From an uncultured Spirochaetaceae bacterium (lineage in GTDB: Bacteria; Spirochaetota; Spirochaetia; Sphaerochaetales; Sphaerochaetaceae), in contig CALXLE010000083.1 in NCBI GenBank assembly GCA_944389115.1, forward strand, positions 417 through 64,416: a DNA stretch of 64,000 bases, written 5' to 3'. Of this stretch, positions 1 to 10,477 are shown one piece after another. Below the pieces are notes generated by a model. It ran no database searches. It was not told the DNA's origin and worked only from the letters and a program-made list of their open reading frames with translations. Positions within the stretch are counted from its first letter, which is position 1, and each line of letters starts with the position of its first letter. Position numbers and translations under genes: made by a program.

Positions 1-695
1 CTGACATACTCCCTGAGCAGAGGCATTACATCCTCTCCCTTGTACTTCGCACTCGTCACGAAAGTGAAGTGGTTGAGGCCAGAAACATCTATGTCTATCT
101 CACGTCTGTCAGGAACGGCGATTCCACGCTTCTCCGCCAGGAACTCTGCAATGAATGTCTCTGTATGGAAAACCTCATGGCAGCATCCAAGGGCCTTTAT
201 CCCAGGGAAAGCCTTATACAGTGCGGCTGTACAGAGCGTCATCGGGTTCGTATAGTTGATAACCCAGGCATCCGGAGCATATTTCTCTATCTCCCTTGCG
301 AAATCAAAGAAGAGAGGAAGCGCACGGCGTGCGCGCATAAGACCACCAGGCCCTGTCGTATCGCCTACTGACTGAAGTATTCCATATTCCTCGGGCAGTC
401 CCAGATCGTACTTCCTTATGTCAGTCACACCAGGCTCAATCGCGATTATGATGAAATCTGTGCCCTTCAGACCTTCTGAAAGCGTATCTGCAACGGAAAC
501 AGAGAGCATATTGCTCTTTCCATTTACCTTGAATATCTCATTGGCTACAGCCTCATTATTCAGAGCAGCCTTCTTGTCGATATCATAAAGCACAACATGG
601 GCAGATACCTTGTCCTGCAGTGTCAGATCCTGAAGGAATCTGATAGCCCAGAGCCTTGATCCGCCGCCAATTATGCAGATTCTTACCATTTCCAT
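1..695 (-). CDS. Glycoside hydrolase family 4 (NAD/Mn-dependent alpha-glycosidase/6-phospho-glycosidase type), N-terminal part; C-terminus lies beyond the window start
   Basis: The reverse-strand translation starts MEMVRICIIGGGSRLW (GGGS NAD-binding start). It continues ...INYTNPMTL...LGCCHEVF..., typical of GH4. AGGAG-like SD (GGAGG) sits 5 nt upstream of the ATG at 695. Not in the ORF track because it runs off the window. Confidence 0.8.
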   Translation of the reverse strand, partial: MEMVRICIIGGGSRLWAIRFLQDLTLQDKVSAHVVLYDIDKKAALNNEAVANEIFKVNGKSNMLSVSVADTLSEGLKGTDFIIIAIEPGVTDIRKYDLGLPEEYGILQSVGDTTGPGGLMRARRALPLFFDFAREIEKYAPDAWVINYTNPMTLCTAALYKAFPGIKALGCCHEVFHTETFIAEFLAEKRGIAVPDRREIDIDVSGLNHFTFVTSAKYKGEDVMPLLREYV

Positions 696-775
696 ATAAA
701 CCTCCAAAATAAAATCCCATGCGCATGACATGGAATCATCAGAAAAAGGCCGGACTAACCGGCCTTATATAATCA

Positions 776-1561
776 TTACTGTGGCTGCTTTCCGATATAT
801 GCAAGGATTCCGCCATCGACATAGAGAATATGTCCATTGACGAAGTTCGATGCATCGGATGCAAGGAATACAGCTGGTCCCTGCAGATCGGAAGTCTTGC
901 CCCATCTGTGGGCTGGAGTCTTCGCAAGGATAAATTCATTGAACGGATTGCCTGGAACCCTGAGAGGTGCTGTCTGAGGTGTCTCGATATATCCAGGTCC
1001 AATTCCATTGCACTGGATGTTGTACTCACCGTATTCGGAAGCTATATTCCTTGTAAGCATCTTCAGACCACCCTTAGCTGCTGCATATGCGCTTACAGTC
1101 TCTCTTCCGAGCTCAGACATCATGGAGCAGATATTGATGATCTTTCCATGTCCCTGCTTGATCATTCCAGGAATAACTGCCTTGGAAACGATAAAAGGAG
1201 CATTGAGATCAACATCGATGACCTGGCGGAATTCCTCTGCCTTCATCTCACACATAGGGATTCTCTTGATGATACCTGCATTATTCACGAGGATATCGAT
1301 CTTGCCGAACTCTTTGATAATCTCTTCCGTCGTTGCCTGAACCTGGGCCTCATTTGTCACATCACAGACATAGCCCTTCGCCTCGATACCTTCTTCCTTA
1401 TATGCAGCGATGCCCTTGTCCACGAGCTCCTGCTTGATATCATTGAAAACAATCTTTGCACCGGCTGTTGCGAATGCGGATGCGATTGCAAAGCCAATAC
1501 CATATGATGCACCGGTTACCCATGCGACCTTCCCCTCAAGGGAGAAATCCTTCATTTCCAT
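776..1561 (-). CDS. Short-chain dehydrogenase/reductase, gluconate-5-dehydrogenase / KduD-like
   Basis: TGASYGIG cofactor motif, NNAG, and a YAAAK catalytic Y-x3-K. AGGAGG lies 8 nt upstream of the ATG at 1561, so this start is preferred over the TTG at 1567. Confidence 0.85.
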   Translation of the reverse strand: MEMKDFSLEGKVAWVTGASYGIGFAIASAFATAGAKIVFNDIKQELVDKGIAAYKEEGIEAKGYVCDVTNEAQVQATTEEIIKEFGKIDILVNNAGIIKRIPMCEMKAEEFRQVIDVDLNAPFIVSKAVIPGMIKQGHGKIINICSMMSELGRETVSAYAAAKGGLKMLTRNIASEYGEYNIQCNGIGPGYIETPQTAPLRVPGNPFNEFILAKTPAHRWGKTSDLQGPAVFLASDASNFVNGHILYVDGGILAYIGKQPQ

Positions 1562-1661
1562 ATGCAATACCTCCTGCCTGCTGGTCTAAAAGACCCGGAC
1601 TTTATAGATTCTAATACAGCATATCGCATAAAGCAAGAAGAAATGAAACTTTGTTCCGTTT

Positions 1662-3086
1662 TCAGAGCTTATCAATAAGCATTGAGCATTTGCCGGAAGG
1701 AATAGGAAGCGTCTTCTTCTTGTCCTCATCGAGGATGTGGATCGTAAAGTAATAGAGCTTCTCGCTCTCAAGCCTTATCTCCCACCCCCTGACATTCTTA
1801 TTGGAAAGTATCGTGATGCTGTTCTTCTTCAATGACAGGTCTTCGATACCCATCTCCTCAAGAGACTGCATAGTCCAGTTCACAGTCTTCCTTGGCAGGG
1901 ATATCTCAAGCCCTATGATATTCTCTATCACAAGGGAGATTGTCACCAGACCTACCATCGGCAGATAGCGCTTTCTGTTCTCTATCTCACCGTTTATGAC
2001 AACGGCAGGCCCCTCGGAAAGAGGTTTGTATATCTCCCACACATCATCCTGTTTCTCTGCATCCGGATGGAGAGTATCGAGTATGAAGTACATATGCCGG
2101 ATAGCACATTCCCTTGCAAACACGAAAGCTCCATAGTTCATCAGACCCTTAACGACAATGTATGTCAGGAAAGGAACAACACCGCCCCTGTATCCATCAC
2201 CTGATTCTGAGAAGTACTTTGAGGATGCTGGCACGGTCGGGAAGGGATTCTCAGTACCGAACTCTTTGTCATCCTTCAGACTGTTGATGAGGAATGAGGC
2301 ATATTCGTCATTCGGAATCTCAGCAAGAAGCGTCCAGAAAGCTCCGATATGCTTGTTCTTTATCCTATTCTTATCCGCATCCAGATCATAGTAGAACTTG
2401 TCTTCGGAATCCCACATCATCGAATTGATGCGTGTCTTCACCGAGAAATAGATTCTCTTGTATCTGAAAGCCAGCTCCTTATCATTGAGGATGTCTCCGA
2501 TATATGACATATAGAGAGCGAATACAGCTATCGCGGAATTGTAATCTACAGTATATACAGCCCCTTCCCTAGGAAGATTCCCCATATGGGTAGCGCTGTC
2601 CGGCACGGAATAAAGACCATCCTTATCCATGAAGTTCTTCTGAATCCATGCAAAGTACTTCTCAAGGAATGGAACAACATCCTTCAGCCTCTTCTTGTTG
2701 CCTATCTTGTGATAGAAGACAAACTCAACATATGAAAGCAACGGAAGCGACGCACCAAGAGGATTGCTGCTATCAAAAACAGGCGCCTTCGAGGCTATAT
2801 CATACTTTTCAGCGATCTGCCCATCCTCTCCCTGTACAGAATAGAAGAAGTCTATCATCGAATACGGGCTGTAATTCTGATTGCTGTAAACAAGGAAAAG
2901 CGCTGATAGAGAAGAATCGAACAAGCTGATCACAGGAGAATCAGCATGTGTGAGATAGCCCTCCGGGAATAACCCTTCCTTCTCGCCCTGATGCCAGATC
3001 TCATCGATCCAGACCCAGGTTCTATCATACATATCCACAAAATCCTGGTCATAGAAATGAATGCGCGGAACTAGATCCTTAACCAC
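1662..3086 (-). CDS. Putative (alpha/alpha)6-barrel glycoside hydrolase (GH63/MGH1/trehalase-like)
   Basis: 474-aa ORF with no signal peptide. Overall resemblance to six-hairpin glycosidases is judged by eye only. GTG start has GGAG 7 nt upstream. Confidence 0.5.
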   Translation of the reverse strand: MVKDLVPRIHFYDQDFVDMYDRTWVWIDEIWHQGEKEGLFPEGYLTHADSPVISLFDSSLSALFLVYSNQNYSPYSMIDFFYSVQGEDGQIAEKYDIASKAPVFDSSNPLGASLPLLSYVEFVFYHKIGNKKRLKDVVPFLEKYFAWIQKNFMDKDGLYSVPDSATHMGNLPREGAVYTVDYNSAIAVFALYMSYIGDILNDKELAFRYKRIYFSVKTRINSMMWDSEDKFYYDLDADKNRIKNKHIGAFWTLLAEIPNDEYASFLINSLKDDKEFGTENPFPTVPASSKYFSESGDGYRGGVVPFLTYIVVKGLMNYGAFVFARECAIRHMYFILDTLHPDAEKQDDVWEIYKPLSEGPAVVINGEIENRKRYLPMVGLVTISLVIENIIGLEISLPRKTVNWTMQSLEEMGIEDLSLKKNSITILSNKNVRGWEIRLESEKLYYFTIHILDEDKKKTLPIPSGKCSMLIDKL

Positions 3087-3145
3087 TGCTTTTCTCCGTT
3101 TTCAAGTAAAAAACCCCTGATTTTTGTCCTTGAATCGCATTATAC

Positions 3146-3174
3146 ATAATATTGCAGTGCATAAAGAAAGTCAA
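3146..3174 (-). promoter_or_regulatory. Candidate sigma70 promoter for the 1662..3086 hydrolase gene
   Basis: On the minus strand: TTGACT (3174..3169), 17-nt spacer, TATTAT (3151..3146), about 60 nt upstream of the GTG start. Confidence 0.4.
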
Positions 3175-3224
3175 ATTGTTTTTTACAAATGGTTCTTCTT
3201 GCATTTCAATGAGTTATACAGAAA

Positions 3225-4166
3225 TTATTTTTCTTGGCCATATATGAGTTTCAGGGCATGCGGAAGAATCTCCACCTGGAAGCTGCGGCCGGCCTTGGTA
3301 AACACTTCTCCATCGCTATGAGCGACGACAGAAGGCTCATCGGACTCTATCCTGATCTTCCTAGCTTTCAGATATGTAAAGCTCTCTTTATCCTTGATAT
3401 GAGCTCCCCTGAAGAACTCCAGGACTGCAATTATCAGATCCTTGCGGGTACGGAATGGCCTATTGGCATAGAATATATCGAATACACCGTCATTTATGCT
3501 GGCTAGTGGGCCAAGCACGAACGATGCACCCATGCGCTTGCCGTTGAGAACCGAAAGCTGCTGGGTATCAAGTGGAAACTCCTCTCCATCGTCGATGGAT
3601 ATGCGGAGATGATATGGTTCTGGAAAATGGCGGAGAATATAGAAGAATGCAACTATATAGCTCAGCATTCCGTTTATCTTCTGATACTCCATCGCCTTGA
3701 AATTGACCATGGGCTCGAATCCGAAACCTGTTCCATTGAGGAAATACATCCCTTCTGCATGGTCAGTGCCTCTGCATATCCCAACATCAACAGGCTTTGC
3801 CGAACCATTGATTATAAGATCTATTGACTCCTCAAGCTTTCTTGGAATCCCTGCGCACCAGGCAAAATCATTCCCTCTTCCGATTGGTATGATTCCCATC
3901 GTCACGGAAGATGATCTACCAGAGAACATAATGCCATTGAGCACTTCGTTAACCGTACCATCACCGCCTGCAGCGATGATGACCTTATACTCATACTGGA
4001 CACCCTTTCTTGCCAGTGTGGCTGCATGGCCAGCACCCCTTGTATAAGCTACCGTGCACTGCCTGCCGCGGCTTTTGAATATACTCTGGATAAGCTTGGC
4101 GCTCTTTCGTCCGCGGCCCTTTGATGCATTGGGATTTATGATGAGGAGGATATCCTTTTCGAGCAT
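3225..4166 (-). CDS. Diacylglycerol/lipid kinase family protein (YegS/BmrU-like)
   Basis: Matches include LLIINPNASKGRG, AAGGDGTVNEV and the GRGNDFA motif. The start is trimmed to MLEKDILL (ATG at 4166) because the longer ORF would overlap nagA. Confidence 0.8.
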   Translation of the reverse strand: MLEKDILLIINPNASKGRGRKSAKLIQSIFKSRGRQCTVAYTRGAGHAATLARKGVQYEYKVIIAAGGDGTVNEVLNGIMFSGRSSSVTMGIIPIGRGNDFAWCAGIPRKLEESIDLIINGSAKPVDVGICRGTDHAEGMYFLNGTGFGFEPMVNFKAMEYQKINGMLSYIVAFFYILRHFPEPYHLRISIDDGEEFPLDTQQLSVLNGKRMGASFVLGPLASINDGVFDIFYANRPFRTRKDLIIAVLEFFRGAHIKDKESFTYLKARKIRIESDEPSVVAHSDGEVFTKAGRSFQVEILPHALKLIYGQEK

Positions 4167-4220
4167 ATGGAAAGTATGCGCTTTCGGATAGAAATCAGCA
4201 ATATCGGAATGCTCTGTTTT

Positions 4221-4229
4221 TGCTATAAT
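4221..4229 (+). promoter_or_regulatory. Extended -10 element (TGCTATAAT) immediately upstream of nagA
   Basis: TGnTATAAT ends 7 nt before the nagA ATG at 4237. No SD lies in between. Confidence 0.4.
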
Positions 4230-4236
4230 CCTATAT

Positions 4237-5379
4237 ATGGGAACTATCATAAGAAATGCAACAACAGTGCTCCGGGATGGTATAAAGACAATGGATATTT
4301 CCTTCGACAAAGGTGTATTCTGCCACCCTAATGACTGTTCGGCTGACAGAGAGATGGACGGGACTGGGCTTATTGCCATACCCGGCATGATAGACACTCA
4401 TATCCATGGATATGGGGGCTACGGTACGGAAGATGCCGATCCGGAGTCGATTCTAGCCATTTCGGAACTCCTTATCAGAAACGGCGTAACAGCTTTCTTC
4501 CCTGCTGTATATACCGATACAGAAGAAAGAATGATCCATTCAATAAAAGCTATAGCAGAGGCCGCTGGAAAGGAGAAGGGGGCATCAATAGCAGGAATCC
4601 ATGTAGAAGGCCCATTCATCTCCGAAAAGAGGATCGGAGCACAGGCTGCCGTGGGCAGACATGATCCAGATCCGGATCTGATGCTCAGAATCATCGAGAC
4701 CGGAGATGGCCTTATAAAAGCTATGACAATAGCCCCAGAACTCCCTAATGCCGATAAAATAGCTAAAATAGCGGATGAATACGGCATTATTCTTCTAATG
4801 GGACATACTGATGCATCATATGATGAGGCAAAGGCGGCAATAGGCATGGGCATACACCATGCTACTCATATGTACAATGCCATGTCTGGCATAAACCACA
4901 GGAACCCTGGAGCTGCAGGATGCATTCTTATGGACAAAGCTATAAGTGCCGAGATCATTGCCGATGGAATACATGTGAATGCAGACCTTGCTTCGTTCAC
5001 AATGAGAACCAAGGGACAAGGCAGGATTGTGCTGATAACAGATGCTCTCAAGCCTACAGGGCAGAAAACCGGGCCATTCTATGCTAATGGCACCGAGGTA
5101 ATCATGGAAAATGGTGTTTGGGTATCAAGTGAGAACCACGGCCTTCTTGCAGGATCAGCTCTGACCATGCATAAGGCATTCATGAATGCAATATCATGGG
5201 GATTGCCGATTGAGGATGCCACTGCCGCTTCATCATCGGCCCCGGCTTGCATCTATGGCATGAAAGACAAGGGAAGTATAGAATATGGTAAGATAGCGGA
5301 TCTTCTGCTTCTTGATGAAGATCTGAACATAAAGTGTATTTTCCATAAAGGAGAGGAATATGTGGTACAGCGGGCTTGA
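4237..5379 (+). CDS. nagA: N-acetylglucosamine-6-phosphate deacetylase
   Basis: Amidohydrolase metal motif DTHIHGYGG, HVEGPF and overall NagA-like layout; 380 aa. Confidence 0.85.
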   Translation: MGTIIRNATTVLRDGIKTMDISFDKGVFCHPNDCSADREMDGTGLIAIPGMIDTHIHGYGGYGTEDADPESILAISELLIRNGVTAFFPAVYTDTEERMIHSIKAIAEAAGKEKGASIAGIHVEGPFISEKRIGAQAAVGRHDPDPDLMLRIIETGDGLIKAMTIAPELPNADKIAKIADEYGIILLMGHTDASYDEAKAAIGMGIHHATHMYNAMSGINHRNPGAAGCILMDKAISAEIIADGIHVNADLASFTMRTKGQGRIVLITDALKPTGQKTGPFYANGTEVIMENGVWVSSENHGLLAGSALTMHKAFMNAISWGLPIEDATAASSSAPACIYGMKDKGSIEYGKIADLLLLDEDLNIKCIFHKGEEYVVQRA

Positions 5380-6787
5380 GAACAAACGGCTTTGGCAGAT
5401 TTTCAATGATATATCAAAGATACCAAGGGAAAGCGGCAACGAGGAAGGCATAAGGAACTATCTGCTCTCATGGAGCAGCAGGAACGGACTTGAGGCCTTT
5501 GCGGACAAAGCCGGAAATGTAATCATAAAAGCTCCAGCGACGGCAGGCTGTGAGAAGCTTCCTGCGATTGCCTTGCAGGGGCACATGGATATGGTATGCG
5601 TGAAGAAAGCTTCATCCTCGCATGATTTCACGAAGGATCCGATATCGATAACGACCGATGGAACTCTCATCAAAGCACGCGGAACTTCACTCGGTGCTGA
5701 TAACGGGATAGCAATAGCAATGGTACTCGATATCCTTTCCGACAAGAGTGCAGAGCATGGTCCTATTGAAGCAGTATTCACTGTTTCGGAAGAGACTGGA
5801 ATGGATGGGGCATTCGCTCTTGAGCCAGATACAATCACCGCAAGACGCATGATAAACCTCGACAGCGAGGAGGAAGGCATTATCTATGTCGGATGCGCTG
5901 GCGGTGCCGATATCGAGGCAACAATGAAAGTTAAATATGAGCAGGCAGCGGGTTCTGCTCTACGTGTAAAGGTCTCAGGGCTTCTAGGAGGCCATAGCGG
6001 CAATGAGATTGGCAAAGAAAGAGCAAATGCCATAAAGATCCTTGCCAGATACCTCACACGTCTTCCTTATTTCCAGCTAGCATCGATAAGCGGAGGAACA
6101 AGAAGCAACGTCATCCCATCTTCTGCAGAGGCGATAATAACGGTTGCGGACAAGGAAGCTGCACTATCAATAGCAGAGACATTAAGGTGCGAGCTTAGGA
6201 ACGAGTATTCAAGCTCAGATCCAGATCTCAAGCTGACAATAAGCGATGCTGCAATGCCGGAGATGGCAATAAAAAGAAAGAAGAGCATGCTTATCGCAGA
6301 CTCCCTTCTTGCTGTACCACATGGTGTGAAAGCTATGGATACAAAGTTCCCGGGTGTTGTTGAGACATCTGACAACCTTGCCGTCATCTCAATCGATAAG
6401 AACAGATTCAATATTTCGATATCTGTCAGGAGCACAATCGATTCCAGGAAGAATCTCCTCTGCTCCGAGATACAGACTATCCTAGAAGCCTTCGATTACA
6501 AGACATGGATTGCAAGCTCATATCCGGCATGGGAGCCTGATAAAGACTCAGCCTTTACGAAGAGATTCGCAAGATCATACAGGAAGCACATAGGAAAGAA
6601 GCCAAATGTTACCGTGATACATGCTGGCCTTGAATGCGGAATCATCAACTCGAGAATCCCTGGCATGCAGTCTGTATCAATAGGTCCTGAGCTGAGGGAT
6701 GTGCACTCAGTCAATGAGAATCTCAATGCAGGGTCTGCTGAAAGAACGGCTGCTTGCCTGAAGACTATGCTCAAGGATCTCCGCTGA
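5360..6787 (+). CDS. pepD: Aminoacyl-histidine dipeptidase (M20 family, PepD-like)
   Basis: N-terminus LWQIFNDISKIPRESGNE, HMDMV, DNGIAIA and SEETGMDGA motifs; 475 aa. GGAGAGG SD lies upstream. Confidence 0.85.
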   Translation: MWYSGLENKRLWQIFNDISKIPRESGNEEGIRNYLLSWSSRNGLEAFADKAGNVIIKAPATAGCEKLPAIALQGHMDMVCVKKASSSHDFTKDPISITTDGTLIKARGTSLGADNGIAIAMVLDILSDKSAEHGPIEAVFTVSEETGMDGAFALEPDTITARRMINLDSEEEGIIYVGCAGGADIEATMKVKYEQAAGSALRVKVSGLLGGHSGNEIGKERANAIKILARYLTRLPYFQLASISGGTRSNVIPSSAEAIITVADKEAALSIAETLRCELRNEYSSSDPDLKLTISDAAMPEMAIKRKKSMLIADSLLAVPHGVKAMDTKFPGVVETSDNLAVISIDKNRFNISISVRSTIDSRKNLLCSEIQTILEAFDYKTWIASSYPAWEPDKDSAFTKRFARSYRKHIGKKPNVTVIHAGLECGIINSRIPGMQSVSIGPELRDVHSVNENLNAGSAERTAACLKTMLKDLR

Positions 6788-7200
6788 TGACCCTCAATCT
6801 CATCGATCCATTATGGTACAAGCCATCGGACATATCACTCGATGACATCATGGCCTCTCTCCCCTCAAAGGACAGAGGCTATGACGCCTTTGTCCTGTAT
6901 GAACTATCCCTGACCGATGATGCCATGGATCTAAGGCCTCTCCACGCAGGAGAAAGGAATGGCTATTCTGAAGAAGACAGGAAAAGAATAGAAGCAGGCT
7001 TCTCCCCGATAAGAAAACCAGAGGAAACCCGTTCGATTCCTTCCGGAAAGTACCTCTTTGAGCAGTTCCCTGCAGCATTCAGCTCATCGGACATCCCAAG
7101 GCTGCTGCTGCCATACGCAACGAAATCCGGGCAGATCTACATCAGGTTCTTTAAGGAAAGCATACTTGAATCCGTAATGCAGTTCATGATTCCCCAGTGA
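6787..7200 (+). CDS. Hypothetical protein (137 aa)
   Basis: The ORF is translationally coupled to pepD (TGATGA overlap). No recognisable motif. Confidence 0.4.
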   Translation: MTLNLIDPLWYKPSDISLDDIMASLPSKDRGYDAFVLYELSLTDDAMDLRPLHAGERNGYSEEDRKRIEAGFSPIRKPEETRSIPSGKYLFEQFPAAFSSSDIPRLLLPYATKSGQIYIRFFKESILESVMQFMIPQ

Positions 7201-7236
7201 GTTGCCCTCTGTTTTTCTTATGGCTATACTTGCGTT

Positions 7237-8430
7237 ATGCAGATTGAGAAAATCAGCGACACTTACCACCGCATAACATTCTCTGATGGCAGCATAGTCT
7301 ATCTGATAGGCACTGCTCACGTCTCAAGAAACAGCGTGGAAGAGGTCAGGAACATAATAGAGACCGAGAATCCAGACAGAGTCTGTATAGAGCTCGATGC
7401 TTCCAGAATGGCAAGCAAGACAAGCAGGAAGAACTGGGAGAACCAGGATATAAGAAAAGTATTCAAGGAAGGAAAAGGCTTCCTGCTCCTTGCCAACACA
7501 GCCCTTGCCTCATTCCAGCGGAAGCTGGGAGCACAGACAGGAGCGAATCCTGGAGAAGAGATTCTCGGAGCCGCAAAGCTTGCTGAAGAGAAAGGGATAC
7601 CGGTCTCTCTATGCGACAGAGATATACAGGCCACATTCCGCAGGGCATGGGCAAAAAGCGGACTCTGGAATAAGTGCAAGCTTCTTGCCACATTGATATC
7701 CGCAGCATTCTCAGATGAGGAGATAACCCCTGAAGAGCTCGAGGAACTCAAGAACCAGGAAACGCTTGAGGGAATGCTCAATGAGGTCGCGAAGGAACTT
7801 CCATCCGTAAAGGAAGTACTGATCGATGAGAGGGATTCCTATCTGGCATCAAAGATCTGCAGCGCTCCCGGTCAGCGTAAAGTTGCTGTCATCGGAGCAG
7901 GACATACGAAAGGCGTGATAGCCACAATGGAATGCATCGATAACGGAGAGAGCACTCCTGATACCAATGAACTTGAGGTTATTCCTAAAGGCAGGAACAT
8001 CGGCAAGGCTGTCAGCTTTGCAATCCCTGCGCTGATCATCGCTCTCATCGTATACGGTATTGTCGCCAATGGATGGGATCAGGGAATCAGGACATTCATC
8101 TACTGGATAATAGTGAATGTATCATGCACATTCGTCACAACGCTCATTTCTGCCGCTCATCCGCTGAACATCCTCGCATGCGCGATAACAGCGCCTTTCT
8201 TTGCCCTGAATCCGGTCCTTGGAGTTGGAATGCTTGGTGGAATACTTGAGGCAACGCTCAGAAAGCCGAAGGTAATGGATTTTGAAAAGCTCAATGATGA
8301 CGCAATGACATTGAAGGGATGGTACAGAAACAGAATACTGCACTGCCTCCTTGTATTCTTCCTATCGTCGATAGGAAGCATGCTGGGGACATTCGTAGCA
8401 TTCCCTCTTCTTATTGCAAGACTTGCCTGA
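7237..8430 (+). CDS. TraB/PrgY/GumN family protein with C-terminal membrane segments
   Basis: YLIGTAHVS N-terminal motif, DERD, GAGH, and four hydrophobic C-terminal helices, typical of the TraB family. Confidence 0.75.
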   Translation: MQIEKISDTYHRITFSDGSIVYLIGTAHVSRNSVEEVRNIIETENPDRVCIELDASRMASKTSRKNWENQDIRKVFKEGKGFLLLANTALASFQRKLGAQTGANPGEEILGAAKLAEEKGIPVSLCDRDIQATFRRAWAKSGLWNKCKLLATLISAAFSDEEITPEELEELKNQETLEGMLNEVAKELPSVKEVLIDERDSYLASKICSAPGQRKVAVIGAGHTKGVIATMECIDNGESTPDTNELEVIPKGRNIGKAVSFAIPALIIALIVYGIVANGWDQGIRTFIYWIIVNVSCTFVTTLISAAHPLNILACAITAPFFALNPVLGVGMLGGILEATLRKPKVMDFEKLNDDAMTLKGWYRNRILHCLLVFFLSSIGSMLGTFVAFPLLIARLA

Positions 8431-8447
8431 AATACATCGGGATATGC

Positions 8448-9092
8448 CTACTGAAGAATCCAGCGTATCCCTTTAATCAGCCGAGTCCCAGCATCCTGGA
8501 AATGATTTCCAGGATTTATCTCCAGAACGGAGTCTATACCTTCCAGCAAATATTTTTCATGCAGCCTTTCAGTACAATCCCTGACTGTTTTCATATACTG
8601 ATTCGCAGTCCTCTCTTCCTTGTCGCCAAGCGATAGATATATACGATCCGGTCTTCTCATCATTTCATGGCACTCAGCATAGTCGGCAAAACCGGGATAC
8701 CAAAGAGAGCCCGATACAGAGGCTATCCTCGAGAACATGCTTGTCCGGTACGCTGAATATAGAGCGAACAACCCAGCCAGTGAATATCCCGCAATAGCAA
8801 AATATGCAGGCTGAAGACCATATCTCTGTTCTATCCCAGGTACTATAGTCCCGGAAAGCTCTGCCGCATATCTATCAGCCATCCCCCCGAAAGAATCTCC
8901 GTTCCTGAAAACAGGCTGAGCTGGCCAGGGGGAAAGATCATCATTCCAATCGAGATTCCATACAGCAACCAGCGAAGCTCTATCACCGATTGCATTATGT
9001 ATGTCCTCTCCTTCATTTCCGGTAGCATTAACAACCACAAGCGGAGCGCGGGTATTCTCTGAAGGGAATACGCTTATTTTCTTTTCAGCCAT
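8448..9092 (-). CDS. Alpha/beta-hydrolase, putative esterase family
   Basis: GYSLAG nucleophile elbow; 214 aa. Confidence 0.65.
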   Translation of the reverse strand: MAEKKISVFPSENTRAPLVVVNATGNEGEDIHNAIGDRASLVAVWNLDWNDDLSPWPAQPVFRNGDSFGGMADRYAAELSGTIVPGIEQRYGLQPAYFAIAGYSLAGLFALYSAYRTSMFSRIASVSGSLWYPGFADYAECHEMMRRPDRIYLSLGDKEERTANQYMKTVRDCTERLHEKYLLEGIDSVLEINPGNHFQDAGTRLIKGIRWILQ

Positions 9093-9115
9093 AAATCAGT
9101 ATTACTTACTAATAG

Positions 9116-10477
9116 TTATCTATTTCTGCTGAATGCAGATATTATAGCACTCTTGATATCTTTCACATTAACAGGAATAGTTTCTAAGCATTGCTTACTA
9201 TCTATTGTAAGCACCTTTTTGAATCCCATATCGGAAAGAGCCTTCATCCTGCGAGAGGAGAACGATACAGGTCTTACTTCTCCCGCAAGAGACAATTCCC
9301 CGAATGCTGCTAGCTGCCCAGAGATTGGAACATCCATCCTTGAACTATACAGAGCAAGAGCAAGTGCCAGTTCTATCGATACTTCAGAAAGCTTCATTCC
9401 TCCGCCGACATTGACATAGATATCCTGATCTGAAAGAACAAGACCAGCATGCCGCTCGAGAATTGCCGCAACACGGCTGACACGGGCACCATCGATCCTA
9501 TCGGAGTAGATGCGCTGCATACTGCCCTTGGCAGGAACGACAAGGGCCTGTATCTCGACAATGAATGTACGGCTCCCTTCAACTACCGGAGTAAATGCGA
9601 TTCCGGAAGGAATATCATTACCGGTCCTTCTTGATATGAAGACAGAAGAGGGATCCTTAACACCATGCAGTCCATCGCTGTCCATTGTGAACAGACCTAT
9701 CTCATCAACGGATCCGAACCTGTTCTTGCTCGCCCTGAGCAGTCTCAGACCGGACTCTGCGCTCTCGAAATAGAGAACTGTATCGACCATATGCTCAACG
9801 ATCTTTGGTCCTGCTATGTTCCCATCCTTGGTCACATGGCCGACAAAGAAGACCGCTGCTCCAATCTTCTTTGCAAGTAGAGATAATTCCATACAGCAAG
9901 CCCTGACCTGATTCGGAGAACCCGCCAGAGACGGCAAGGAAGCGCTGTAAAGCGTCTGCAGCGAATCGATGACAATATAACCCGGACGAACCTTTTCAAT
10001 CGCTTCAGAAAGAGCCTCAAGCCTCGTATCGCAGAATACGGAAATGGAATCTGTCCTTAGAGCAAGCCTATCTGACCGCATTCTCACCTGGGAAGGAGAT
10101 TCCTCACCGGATACATACAGCACGGATGCCGATGATGAAAGATTGGAAAGCATCTGAATCATGATTGTTGATTTGCCAATGCCCGGCTCTCCTCCGACAA
10201 GAACGGAAGAAGGCCTCATGACACCTCCTCCGAGAACCCTATCGAGCTCATCCATGCCAGAGGAGATACGCATGGTGCTTTCAATGGGGATATCGGAAAG
10301 CATCCTCACAGAATCATCCATCACAGTGGCATCAGCAGATGCACCATTCGCTTTTCTGGAAACCTTCTCTTCAACAAAGGAATTCCAGGATCCGCACTCA
10401 GGGCACCTGCCATTCCATTTCGATTCGATATGCCCGCATTCTGAGCAGATATACTGAACAGTGCTCTCCTTAGCCAT
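9116..10477 (-). CDS. radA: DNA repair protein RadA (Sms)
   Basis: N-terminal Zn-ribbon CSECGHIESKWNGRCPECGSWNS, Walker A GEPGIGKST, KNRFG motif and a Lon-like C-terminal domain. Confidence 0.95.
   Translation of the reverse strand: MAKESTVQYICSECGHIESKWNGRCPECGSWNSFVEEKVSRKANGASADATVMDDSVRMLSDIPIESTMRISSGMDELDRVLGGGVMRPSSVLVGGEPGIGKSTIMIQMLSNLSSSASVLYVSGEESPSQVRMRSDRLALRTDSISVFCDTRLEALSEAIEKVRPGYIVIDSLQTLYSASLPSLAGSPNQVRACCMELSLLAKKIGAAVFFVGHVTKDGNIAGPKIVEHMVDTVLYFESAESGLRLLRASKNRFGSVDEIGLFTMDSDGLHGVKDPSSVFISRRTGNDIPSGIAFTPVVEGSRTFIVEIQALVVPAKGSMQRIYSDRIDGARVSRVAAILERHAGLVLSDQDIYVNVGGGMKLSEVSIELALALALYSSRMDVPISGQLAAFGELSLAGEVRPVSFSSRRMKALSDMGFKKVLTIDSKQCLETIPVNVKDIKSAIISAFSRNR

Noticed and set aside
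830-1507. 225-aa plus-strand ORF antisense to the SDR gene. Similar long shadow ORFs include 40148..40987, 53750..54499, 15957..16526 and 30607..31071.
   Set aside because: Each lies entirely inside a strongly supported gene on the opposite strand and has low-complexity Ser/Leu/Cys/Arg-rich translations. These are typical antisense shadow ORFs.
9346-9370. TGGCAC...TTGC sigma54-promoter-like word on the minus strand inside radA
   Set aside because: The GG-to-GC spacing is 11 rather than 10 nt and the site lies within a coding sequence, so it is probably a chance match.
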